This document shows, one piece after another, positions 1-8,148 of a DNA stretch of 64,000 nt. The DNA comes from Syntrophomonadaceae bacterium (GTDB lineage Bacteria; Bacillota; Syntrophomonadia; Syntrophomonadales; Syntrophomonadaceae): NCBI GenBank assembly GCA_050949825.1, contig JBMNGL010000013.1, positions 11,038-75,037 of the forward strand. The letters are read 5' to 3'. Each line of letters opens with the position of its first letter. Position 1 is the first letter of the stretch. Both the position numbers and the translations under genes were made by a program. The notes below the pieces were generated by a model. It saw only the letters and a program-made list of their open reading frames with translations. It had not been told where the DNA came from and ran no database searches.

Positions 1-1
1 T

Positions 2-814
2 GGCCATACCATTCAGATAGATCGGGTACGGGAACATTACCAGCAGGCGAAAGATGACCCGGCGGATTTAGCCCTTTTTAAACAGCTAAGGTTAAACATG
101 TGGTTGAAGCAGGATATCAAATGGATGCCTATGGAAAAATGGGATTTGTGTAATTCCCCGGTGGATCCGGAAGAACTAAAAGGTAAAGCTTGCTACGCTG
201 GTCTGGACCTATCATCTACCACGGATATCACTGCCTTTGTGCTGGTGTTCCCGCCAGAAGAGGAAGGGGACAAATACTATGTGTTGCCTTTCTTTTGGAT
301 ACCGGAAGAGACTCTTTACCAGCGGGTGAAAAAAGACAGCGTACCTTATGACATCTGGTACCAGCAGGGGCTGCTAAACCTGACAGAGGGGAACGTGGTC
401 CATTACGGCTTTATTGAAAAGTTCATCGAAAGACTGGGAGAGAAATACAACATCAAAGAAATTGTCTATGACCGCTGGGGAGCTACCCAGATGAGCCAGA
501 ATTTAGAGGGGATGGGCTTTATGGTAGTGCCTTTCGGCCAGGGTTTTAAGGATATGTCACCACCCACCAAGGAAATGATGCGCCTGGTTTTAAGCCAACA
601 AATCGCTCATGGCGGTCATCCGGTGCTTAGATGGATGGCAGACAATATTGTGGTGAGAACCGATCCTGCCGGCAACATTAAAGTGGATAAGGAAAAGTCG
701 GCAGAGAAGATAGACGGAATTGTAGCCATGATCATGGGCCTAGCCAGAGCCACAGTAAATCCGCCGGATGACGGGGGATCTATTTACGACCAGCGGGATA
801 TGATCATTTTGTAG
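2..814 (+). CDS. Phage terminase large subunit, C-terminal nuclease half (5' end lies left of the window)
   Basis: The frame is open from base 2, upstream of listed ORF 98..814. AGLDLSSTTDITAFVLVFP ... VYDRWGATQ ... KIDGIVAMIMGLARA looks like the RNase-H-like half of Terminase_1-type TerL. Portal, protease and capsid follow in canonical order. Confidence 0.85.
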   Translation, partial: GHTIQIDRVREHYQQAKDDPADLALFKQLRLNMWLKQDIKWMPMEKWDLCNSPVDPEELKGKACYAGLDLSSTTDITAFVLVFPPEEEGDKYYVLPFFWIPEETLYQRVKKDSVPYDIWYQQGLLNLTEGNVVHYGFIEKFIERLGEKYNIKEIVYDRWGATQMSQNLEGMGFMVVPFGQGFKDMSPPTKEMMRLVLSQQIAHGGHPVLRWMADNIVVRTDPAGNIKVDKEKSAEKIDGIVAMIMGLARATVNPPDDGGSIYDQRDMIIL

Positions 815-829
815 AGGGGGTAGATCAAC

Positions 830-1057
830 ATGGCTAAAGATTTTGATGTGATAAATAGGCCCAAGCATTATACCGATTCCAAGATTGAAGTCATCGATTA
901 TATCGAAGATAAAAAGTTAGGGTATTGTCTGGGTAATGCCATTAAATACATTTCCAGAGCTGGTAAGAAAAATCCCGCTACCGAAGTGGAAGATCTGAAA
1001 AAAGCTAAATGGTACCTGGAACGCAGGATTTTTGAACTAACTGGTTCTAATGAATGA
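830..1057 (+). CDS. Small phage protein, DUF3310-like
   Basis: 75 aa. The INRPKHYT ... IEVIDYIE ... GNAIKYISRAGKK ... AKWYLERRI pattern is typical of DUF3310 phage proteins. A G-rich SD lies upstream. Confidence 0.6.
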   Translation: MAKDFDVINRPKHYTDSKIEVIDYIEDKKLGYCLGNAIKYISRAGKKNPATEVEDLKKAKWYLERRIFELTGSNE

Positions 1058-1095
1058 ATAGGAGTAGCTGCTAATGAAAAGGGGTGATGTAAAAT

Positions 1096-2325
1096 ATGGC
1101 AAACTTATTTAGATGGCTCTTTAAAGCCCGGGATAAGCCACATGATAGTGTCAGTGGAGCACCGGTCTTTTATATGGGGCAAAGTGTAGCAGGCAAGGTA
1201 GTCAATGAAAGAACCTCAATGCAGACCACAACAGTCTATGCCTGTGTAAGAATCATTGCTGAGACAGTGGCCTCATTACCTCTGCACACCTACCGGTACC
1301 GGGGGGAAGGAAAAGAAAAGATGTATGACCATCCCCTGTACCGGATTTTGCATGATGAGCCTAATCCGGAGATGAGCTCCTTTACCTTGCGAGAGACTAT
1401 GATGACCCATCTTCTCCTCTGGGGGAACAGCTATTGTCAGATTATCCGAAATGGTCGGGGAGATGTGCTGGGGTTATACCCGCTTTTACCGGATAAGATG
1501 GTGGTAGACCGGGATCAAAAGGGTGAGCTTTACTACACCTACCGTAAGGAAGGACAAAGCTATTATCTGGGTACTGATGAAGTGCTGCATATTCCCGGCC
1601 TGGGTTTTGATGGGGTCATGGGCTACTCGCCAGTGGCTTTAGCTAAAAACGCCATCGGTTTAAACATCGCCGCCGAGGAATACGGAGGCAGATTCTTTGC
1701 CAACAACGCCACCCCCACGGGGATTCTCTCCACTTCCGGGACCTTAAAGGATCCCACCAAGGTAAGGGATGCCTGGCAGGCCGCTTATGGGGGAAGTAAT
1801 AATCATAAAGTGGCGGTTTTAGAAGATGGCCTTCAGTACCAGGCCATCAGCATGCCCAACTCCGATGCCCAGTTTCTAGAGACCCGGAAGTTTCAGATTG
1901 AAGAAATTTGTCGAATCTTTCAGGTGCCGCCACATATGGTGGCCGAATTAAGCCGATCCAGCTTTTCCAATATAGAAAACATGGCCATCAGTTTTGTGGT
2001 TCATACCATCCGTCCCTGGCTGGTACGGATTGAACAGACCATAAACCGTAAGCTTTTTAAGGAAAAAGAAAAGGGTCAATATTTTGTTTCCTTTAATGCT
2101 TCAGCTCTTTTGCGGGGTGATTATAAATCCCGGATGGACGGTTATGCCATTGGCATTCAAAACGGATTCTTTTCTGTTAATGATGTAAGAAGAATGGAAA
2201 ACCTGGATCCGATTCCTGAAGAGGAAGGCGGGGACCTTTATCTTACCAATGGTAATATGCTGCCTCTAAAGTTGGCGGGGGCTTATGCCAAGAAGGCCTT
2301 GGAGGAAAGCGGGGGCGAGTCATGA
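1096..2325 (+). CDS. Phage portal protein (HK97 family)
   Basis: 409 aa. Portal signature region GILSTSGTLKDP ... KVAVLEDGLQYQAISMPNSDAQFLETRKFQIEEICRIFQVPPHMV. It sits directly after the terminase. Confidence 0.9.
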   Translation: MANLFRWLFKARDKPHDSVSGAPVFYMGQSVAGKVVNERTSMQTTTVYACVRIIAETVASLPLHTYRYRGEGKEKMYDHPLYRILHDEPNPEMSSFTLRETMMTHLLLWGNSYCQIIRNGRGDVLGLYPLLPDKMVVDRDQKGELYYTYRKEGQSYYLGTDEVLHIPGLGFDGVMGYSPVALAKNAIGLNIAAEEYGGRFFANNATPTGILSTSGTLKDPTKVRDAWQAAYGGSNNHKVAVLEDGLQYQAISMPNSDAQFLETRKFQIEEICRIFQVPPHMVAELSRSSFSNIENMAISFVVHTIRPWLVRIEQTINRKLFKEKEKGQYFVSFNASALLRGDYKSRMDGYAIGIQNGFFSVNDVRRMENLDPIPEEEGGDLYLTNGNMLPLKLAGAYAKKALEESGGES

Positions 2326-2443
2326 GGATATGTATATATATATGAAGTAATACGGGTGAAAAAGTAAATAACTTCAAGAATAATCAAGCATTTCTTTTCG
2401 AAGGAGTGCTTTTTTATTGTGCCTAAAAAAGGAGGTTGATGGG

Positions 2444-3256
2444 ATGGATAAATTTTGGCGCTGGGTGATGAACGAAGCCCAGGATGCTGCAGTAAGAACC
2501 CTCTATTTAGAAGGGTATATTGCAGAGTCTTCCTGGTTTGATGATGACATCACCCCCAAACAGTTTAAGAGTGAGCTTTATGGTAGCGGATCTGGTTCTG
2601 ATGACATCATCGTAAAGATACATTCGCCGGGGGGAGACTGTTTTGCTGCAGCTCAGATCTATAACATGCTTAAAGAATATCCCGGCAAGGTCAGCGTCCA
2701 TGTGGATGGTCTGGCAGCCAGTGCGGCATCGGTAATCACCATGGCCGGAGATGAAGTATGTGTTTCTCCCCTTTCAGTAATTATGGTCCATAATCCTGCC
2801 ATGTTTATTGCAGGAGAAGTGGCGGATCTTCAGGTTGGCATTAATTTACTCAGTGAAGTGAAGGAGAGCATCATCAACGCCTACCAAAATAAGACCGGTC
2901 TTTCCCGAACGAAAATTTCTCATATGATGGATGCGGAAACCTGGATGAGTGCCCATAAGGCTATTGAGCTTAAGTTTGCCGACAGGATTCTATATGAGGC
3001 TACCCCTATGGATACGGCGGATCATGGTTTTATCTTTGATCAGCTTACCGTAACTAACACCCTTTTAAAAAAGCTGCCGGGGATTAAAGCCAGGATGCTG
3101 GAGCAGACAGGAAGCAAAGGAGCAGATGAACCCGTAGACAACAAACAGCCTAACGATTCCCGGGAAACACCGGAGCAACCGGTTGAAGCTGATTTAAACC
3201 AGGTACCTGTAAGCCAGCTACAAAAACGACTGAATCTAATTAAAAATTGGAGGTAG
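2444..3256 (+). CDS. ClpP-like (S14) prohead maturation protease
   Basis: HSPGGDCFAAAQIYNML ... VDGLAASAASVITMAGD ... MVHNP. Start placed at ATG 2444 behind aggagg (2429-2434). Listed ORF is 2417..3256. Confidence 0.85.
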   Translation: MDKFWRWVMNEAQDAAVRTLYLEGYIAESSWFDDDITPKQFKSELYGSGSGSDDIIVKIHSPGGDCFAAAQIYNMLKEYPGKVSVHVDGLAASAASVITMAGDEVCVSPLSVIMVHNPAMFIAGEVADLQVGINLLSEVKESIINAYQNKTGLSRTKISHMMDAETWMSAHKAIELKFADRILYEATPMDTADHGFIFDQLTVTNTLLKKLPGIKARMLEQTGSKGADEPVDNKQPNDSRETPEQPVEADLNQVPVSQLQKRLNLIKNWR

Positions 3257-3261
3257 AGAAA

Positions 3262-4455
3262 ATGAAAAGAATTCAAGAATTAAGAGAAAAACGGGCCACT
3301 GTCTGGGAACAGGCCAAAAAGTTCTTAGACGAACACCGTCAGGAAAACGGCCTTATTTCTCCGGAAGACACCGCAGTCTATGAAAAGATGGAAGAAGAAG
3401 TGGTCAATCTGGGCAAAGAAATAGAACGTCTGGAGCGCCAGGAGATGATGGATAGGGAGTTAGCTGCCCCTATTAATAAACCTTTGACTACCCGTCCGGA
3501 GAGGATGGAAGAAGAAAAGACCGGCAGAGCCACCGATCAATATAAGGCTGCATTTTGGGGGGCTATGCGAAATCGGGTAAACCCAACAGTGCAAAATGCC
3601 CTTAGGATAGGCGAGGATACGGAAGGCGGGTATCTGGTCCCGGATGAATACGAGCGTCAGCTGATTCAGGCTTTAGAAGAAGTCAATGTGATGAGAAAGC
3701 TCTGCCATGTGATTTCCACCAGCTACGGGGATAGGAAGATTCCGGTAGTGGCCAGTCATGGCCAGGCTTCCTGGATGGATGAGGCGGGACCTTTTGTAGA
3801 AAGCGATGATAGCTTCACCCAGGTTAGCCTTTCAGCCTATAAGTTGGGGACCATGCTGAAAATCTCTGATGAACTTTTGCATGATGCCTTCTTCGATCTG
3901 GAAGGATATGTGTCCACCGAATTTGCCAGACGAATTGGAGCTGCGGAAGAAGAGGCTTTCCTTTTGGGAGACGGCAGCAGCAAGCCCACAGGGCTACTTC
4001 ATACCACTGGAGGAGCTGAGGTTGGTGTCACAGCGGCCAGTCCCACCGCTATTACCATGGAGGAAGTAATTGACTTATTCTTTAGCCTAAAAGCACCTTA
4101 TCGTAAAAATGCTACCTTTGTGGTCAACGATGCAACGGTAAAAGCGATCCGCAAGCTGAAAGATGGGCAGGGCCAGTATTTGTGGCAGCCTTCCATCACT
4201 CAAGGAACCCCGGATACAATCTTAAACCGTCCAGTGGTAACCTCTCAATATATGCCGACAGCAGCCGCCAGTGAGAAAACCATCCTCTTTGGTGATCTCA
4301 GTTATTACTGGATTGCTGACCGTCAGGGCAGAACTTTTAAACGCCTGAACGAATTGTATGCAGCTAATGGGCAAGTGGGATTTTTAGCCTGGCAGCGCCT
4401 TGATGCTAAGCTAATCCTTAGCGAATCTATAAAGGTTCTTCAGCAGAAAGCCTAA
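3262..4455 (+). CDS. Major capsid protein, HK97 fold
   Basis: N-terminal charged coiled-coil (delta-domain-like) followed by GGYLVPDEYERQLIQAL and a C-terminal capsid core. ATG 3262 lies behind ggaggtag. Listed ORF is 3247..4455. Confidence 0.9.
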   Translation: MKRIQELREKRATVWEQAKKFLDEHRQENGLISPEDTAVYEKMEEEVVNLGKEIERLERQEMMDRELAAPINKPLTTRPERMEEEKTGRATDQYKAAFWGAMRNRVNPTVQNALRIGEDTEGGYLVPDEYERQLIQALEEVNVMRKLCHVISTSYGDRKIPVVASHGQASWMDEAGPFVESDDSFTQVSLSAYKLGTMLKISDELLHDAFFDLEGYVSTEFARRIGAAEEEAFLLGDGSSKPTGLLHTTGGAEVGVTAASPTAITMEEVIDLFFSLKAPYRKNATFVVNDATVKAIRKLKDGQGQYLWQPSITQGTPDTILNRPVVTSQYMPTAAASEKTILFGDLSYYWIADRQGRTFKRLNELYAANGQVGFLAWQRLDAKLILSESIKVLQQKA

Positions 4456-4517
4456 GCGAATAAATAAGGGCGGGTAGTCTATTTGGCTACCTGCCTAATT
4501 TTTGAGGAGGTAGAACC

Positions 4518-5165
4518 ATGGGATACAACACAAAAAACTATACCGAGCAAGGCGGTGAGAAAACTGTCATTGGCGGGATTTTGGAAGTTAAAGCGGGGGG
4601 TTCTTTGGAAATTAAAGAAGGAGCATTTTTAAAGGGACTCCCTATAGCTTCAAACCAGGCCAACAGCACCGCCGCCACGGTCAGTGATCTAAAGAATAAC
4701 TTCAACGACTTGCTGGCCAAGCTTAAGGATGCCGGTTTCATGGAATTTGACACCTGGAACTTATCCGTTGCTAAAGCACCGATAACTACTGAGGGGCAGC
4801 CGATAACAGAAAATCAAAGCAAGGTTAGTGATGTTACCATTGCCGATGGCATAATCAGTGTTACGGTTGATGTGGAAGGGCTGGTGGAGTTTGATAGTTC
4901 TAATCCTGCACAAGGCATTCATAAATGGGTAGGGATTTTAATATCTACCGGACTTTCTGATATCACCAAAATCAAATACAACGATTATCAGCTAACACAG
5001 GCTGATGTAACAGAAGCAGCCAGTGTAGGCGGCACAGACGGAGATATCATTATGTGGCTAAAATGTGATGAGATTATAGAAACCCCTAAGCTCTTTACGC
5101 TGTGGTCTTCCGGCTATGAAGAAACCGAATTTATGGTTGAAATAGTGGCTCCAGCAGTGGAATAA
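4518..5165 (+). CDS. Hypothetical phage head-associated protein (head fibre / decoration-like)
   Basis: 215 aa. SD gaggagg is upstream. The N-terminus MGYNTKNYTEQGGEKTVIGG resembles head-fibre-type proteins. The call rests mainly on position after the capsid gene. Confidence 0.4.
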   Translation: MGYNTKNYTEQGGEKTVIGGILEVKAGGSLEIKEGAFLKGLPIASNQANSTAATVSDLKNNFNDLLAKLKDAGFMEFDTWNLSVAKAPITTEGQPITENQSKVSDVTIADGIISVTVDVEGLVEFDSSNPAQGIHKWVGILISTGLSDITKIKYNDYQLTQADVTEAASVGGTDGDIIMWLKCDEIIETPKLFTLWSSGYEETEFMVEIVAPAVE

Positions 5166-5174
5166 GGAAAGGAT

Positions 5175-5492
5175 GTGGCGGAGATGACACTACTTGAAAA
5201 GGTTAAGGCCAACCTTATTTTAGACCATGACAGTGATGATGAGTTACTGGAGATGTATATCGCCGCCGCTATTTCCTATGCAGAGAGCTTTCAACATTTA
5301 AACCCGGGAACCTATGAACAAATGCCAATGTCAGCTACCACCCAGCAGGCTGTCATTATGCTTTCATCTCACTTTTACGAATCCCGGGATGGCTCTACCG
5401 GCGGTTTCTTCGGCGATAACGTTAAGGCCTCGGAGCAGGTCTGGAACGCTGTTCATCTTCTTTTGCGCATGGGAAGGGAGTGGAAGGTGTGA
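5175..5492 (+). CDS. Head-tail connector protein (gp6-like)
   Basis: 105 aa. The pattern LEKVKANLILDHDSDDELLEMYIAAAISYAE is typical of gp6-like connectors. Position fits the head-tail joining module. Confidence 0.65.
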   Translation: MAEMTLLEKVKANLILDHDSDDELLEMYIAAAISYAESFQHLNPGTYEQMPMSATTQQAVIMLSSHFYESRDGSTGGFFGDNVKASEQVWNAVHLLLRMGREWKV

Positions 5493-5606
5493 AAAAAACC
5501 GGGTCTGGCCGGCAAAGAAAAAGACAGAAATGTTGCTACCGAAAAGGCAGACACAAGAATCGCAACCATGGATACGATGAAGCCTTAAAAAAAGGCGGTG
5601 AAATAG

Positions 5607-5936
5607 ATGAGCTTTGGGAAAATGATAATCCTGGTGGATATTATCGAGACTACCACCAGCCAAGACGAAGAAGGCTTTGTGAAGAAGGAAGATAACATCA
5701 TCGCCAGTACGCGGGCATACCGGGAAGAACGTAACCCTTCCCGGAAATGGGTTAACCTGGCTGCCTACACCGAAGCCGATGCTTTGTTCCAGTTGCGGGT
5801 GATTCCTGACCTTGAGTTGAAAGCTGGAATGATTCTGGTCTGTGATACTGGGAGTTACACCATCATCAATGTAGAAAAAGTAAAAGGACTCTACCTTGAG
5901 GTTTTGGCAAAAAAGCTGGAACCCACCAAGGCATAA
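5607..5936 (+). CDS. Head closure / head-tail adaptor protein
   Basis: 109 aa with small beta-rich adaptor-like sequence (RAYREERNPSRKW ... FQLRV ... YTIINVE). SD aaaggcggtg is upstream. Confidence 0.6.
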   Translation: MSFGKMIILVDIIETTTSQDEEGFVKKEDNIIASTRAYREERNPSRKWVNLAAYTEADALFQLRVIPDLELKAGMILVCDTGSYTIINVEKVKGLYLEVLAKKLEPTKA

Positions 5937-5953
5937 AAAGGGGAGGGGGAGCA

Positions 5954-6385
5954 TTGGCAAGACTAAGTTATAAAATGCCGGAAGATTTTTTATTAAAAGT
6001 ATCAGCTCTGGCAGATAAAACCGATGTAATTATACCCAAGGTGCTTGAGGAAGGCGGCAAGGTGGTAGCGGATAAAGTGAAAGCTAACCTACAGGCAGTG
6101 GTGGGCAGCAATCTGAAAACAAAACCTCGCTCCACCGGGGAACTTATAAAAGCTTTAGGGGTAAGCCCGGCAGGGCTGGATCGAAACGGCAATTATAACG
6201 TCAAGGTGGGCTTTGATGAACCGCGGGATGATGGGGAGTCCAATGCCAAGATTGCCAATATTTTAGAATATGGTAAATCCGGTCAACCTGCTAAGCCATT
6301 CTTAAAACCAGCTAAAACCGCCAGTAAAAAAGCCTGTATTGAAGCTATGAAAAGGAAGCTGGATGAAGAAATCAATAAATCCTAG
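5954..6385 (+). CDS. HK97 gp10-like tail-component protein
   Basis: 143 aa with TTG start behind gggagggggag. GESNAKIANILEYGKSGQPAKPFLKPA matches the HK97-gp10 family signature. Confidence 0.65.
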   Translation: MARLSYKMPEDFLLKVSALADKTDVIIPKVLEEGGKVVADKVKANLQAVVGSNLKTKPRSTGELIKALGVSPAGLDRNGNYNVKVGFDEPRDDGESNAKIANILEYGKSGQPAKPFLKPAKTASKKACIEAMKRKLDEEINKS

Positions 6386-6397
6386 GAAGGGAGGCAG

Positions 6398-6754
6398 ATG
6401 GTGAACAGCTATAACAGTATTTTAAGAGACATCAAAAAAACGTTAACGAGTACCGGGCTTCCTATGGAAACCGGAGTGTTCAGCGACCAGGCTCCCGAAG
6501 AGTATCTAGTAATTACTCCTATGAATGATCTCTTCGACCTTTTTGCTGACAATCTGCCTCAGATGGACCTACAGGAAGCCCGGATTTCTTTGTTTAGTAA
6601 AGGCAACTATATGACCAGAAAAAACCAGGTAGTGGCTTTACTCATATCCAGTGACTTTACTATTACTGACCGCCGCTATATAGGAGAAGAGGCGGAAACA
6701 GGCTTTCACCATATAGCTATTGATGTGGCTAAAGAATATGCAGTAACCCTATAA
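6398..6754 (+). CDS. Tail completion / tail terminator-like protein
   Basis: 118 aa. Called only by position between the gp10-like protein and the major tail protein. SD gaagggagg is upstream. Confidence 0.4.
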   Translation: MVNSYNSILRDIKKTLTSTGLPMETGVFSDQAPEEYLVITPMNDLFDLFADNLPQMDLQEARISLFSKGNYMTRKNQVVALLISSDFTITDRRYIGEEAETGFHHIAIDVAKEYAVTL

Positions 6755-6797
6755 CCGGCTAGCTTGCCGGATTTTATTTTGAAAGGAGAGATGGATC

Positions 6798-7682
6798 GTG
6801 GCAACCATAGGATTGGATCGGCTATATTACGCCAAAATCACCGAAGATACAAATGGTGATGAAACTTACGGCACTCCCCAAATATTGGCCAAGGCCATGA
6901 CCGCTGAGCTAAGTGTAGAGCTTATTGAAGCAATCCTTTATGCAAATGATGCGGCATCTGAAGTAGTTAAGGAATTTAAAAGCGGGTCTTTAAGCCTGGG
7001 GGTGGATGATATAGGGCCTTTAGTGGCCCAGGATTTAACCGGATGTAAAATTGACAGCAACAATGTAGTAGTTTCCAGAAGTGAAGATGGAGGTAGTCCG
7101 GTAGCTATCGGGTTTCGGGCTAAAAAGTCTAACGGAAAATATCGTTACTTTTGGCTTTACCGGGTTATCTTTAGTGTTCCCGCCACCAGCCTTGCCACCA
7201 AGGGGGATTCTATTACCTTTAGCAGTCCCACCATAGAAGGTACCGTTTTTAGGAGAAACAAACTGGACGGGGAGAATAAACATCCCTGGAAAGCAGAAGT
7301 GACGGAAGGAGATAACGGAGTGGCAGCTTCCACCATTACCAATTGGTTCGCATCTGTTTATGAACCCGACTTCACCGAGGTGACCCCCACCATTACCATT
7401 ACGACTCAACCGGCAGCCACAACGGAAGTGACCGCAGGCAGCATTACCGGCAGCCTTTCGGTGGTAGCCAGCAGCAATACCAGTAACCCGGTTACTTACC
7501 AGTGGTATGAAAACACCGTGGACAGTTCCACCGGCGGCACAATTATCAATGGGGAAACCTCAGCCAGCTTTGACATTCCTACTGATTTGGTAGCTGGTAC
7601 CTATTATTACTACTGTGTCTTAAGCTTAAGTGGAGCTGAGAGCGTGACCACCACTGTGGCTACCGTGGTAGTTTCAGAATAA
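6798..7682 (+). CDS. Major tail protein with C-terminal Ig-like domain
   Basis: 294 aa. The N-terminal 190 aa look like a phi13-type major tail protein (IGLDRLYYAKITED). The C-terminal T/S-rich segment TYQWYENT ... GTYYYYCV looks like an Ig-like decoration domain. Confidence 0.75.
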   Translation: MATIGLDRLYYAKITEDTNGDETYGTPQILAKAMTAELSVELIEAILYANDAASEVVKEFKSGSLSLGVDDIGPLVAQDLTGCKIDSNNVVVSRSEDGGSPVAIGFRAKKSNGKYRYFWLYRVIFSVPATSLATKGDSITFSSPTIEGTVFRRNKLDGENKHPWKAEVTEGDNGVAASTITNWFASVYEPDFTEVTPTITITTQPAATTEVTAGSITGSLSVVASSNTSNPVTYQWYENTVDSSTGGTIINGETSASFDIPTDLVAGTYYYYCVLSLSGAESVTTTVATVVVSE

Positions 7683-7699
7683 GGATGGGAGGATGACTT

Positions 7700-8116
7700 A
7701 TGACTAATGAAGTAAAACCGTTAGAAATAGATGAGGCTTCTGAAGAAAGAAGTACAGTGATAACCATTGGCAATAGGGAGTACCGGCTGATTCTCACCAC
7801 GAAAGCGACCAAAGCCATTGCCAAGCGTTATGGGGGGCTAGAGAAGCTTGGCGAAAAACTCATGAAAACAGAAAACTTTGAAATGGCCTTAGACGAGATT
7901 ATTTTTCTGATTACTTTGCTGGCCAATCAGTCCATCCTAATCCACAATCTCAGGAACAAAGAGGATAAGCAGGAACTCTTAACCGAAGAAGAGATGGAGC
8001 TTTTGACCTCGCCTTTGGATCTGGCCCAGTACAAAAATGCTATTATGGCCAGCATGTTGAAGGGCACCAAAAGAAATGTGGAGAGTGAAGAATCAAAAAA
8101 CGAGGCAGTCGGGTAA
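7700..8116 (+). CDS. Tail assembly chaperone (gpG-like, 0-frame product)
   Basis: 138 aa acidic protein between the major tail protein and the tape measure. It ends 13 nt after an A_AAA_AAC slippery heptamer. Confidence 0.7.
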   Translation: MTNEVKPLEIDEASEERSTVITIGNREYRLILTTKATKAIAKRYGGLEKLGEKLMKTENFEMALDEIIFLITLLANQSILIHNLRNKEDKQELLTEEEMELLTSPLDLAQYKNAIMASMLKGTKRNVESEESKNEAVG

Positions 8117-8140
8117 GTGAGGAGGCACTCTTTACCCGAC
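8095..8140 (+). promoter_or_regulatory. -1 programmed ribosomal frameshift signal (slippery heptamer plus stem-loop)
   Basis: A AAA AAC at 8095-8101 is in the correct X_XXY_YYZ phase of ORF 7700..8116. After a 6-nt spacer there is a perfect 9-bp stem, gtcgggtaa (8108-8116) with ttacccgac (8132-8140), and a 15-nt loop. Confidence 0.7.
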
Positions 8141-8148
8141 TCCTTTAT

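Noticed and set aside
5314-5960. Overlapping ORFs 5314..5580, 5364..5960 (-) and 5480..5695 in the connector region
   Set aside because: They overlap well-supported connector and adaptor genes, lack SD sequences and have odd composition (Arg-rich or Cys/Phe-rich).
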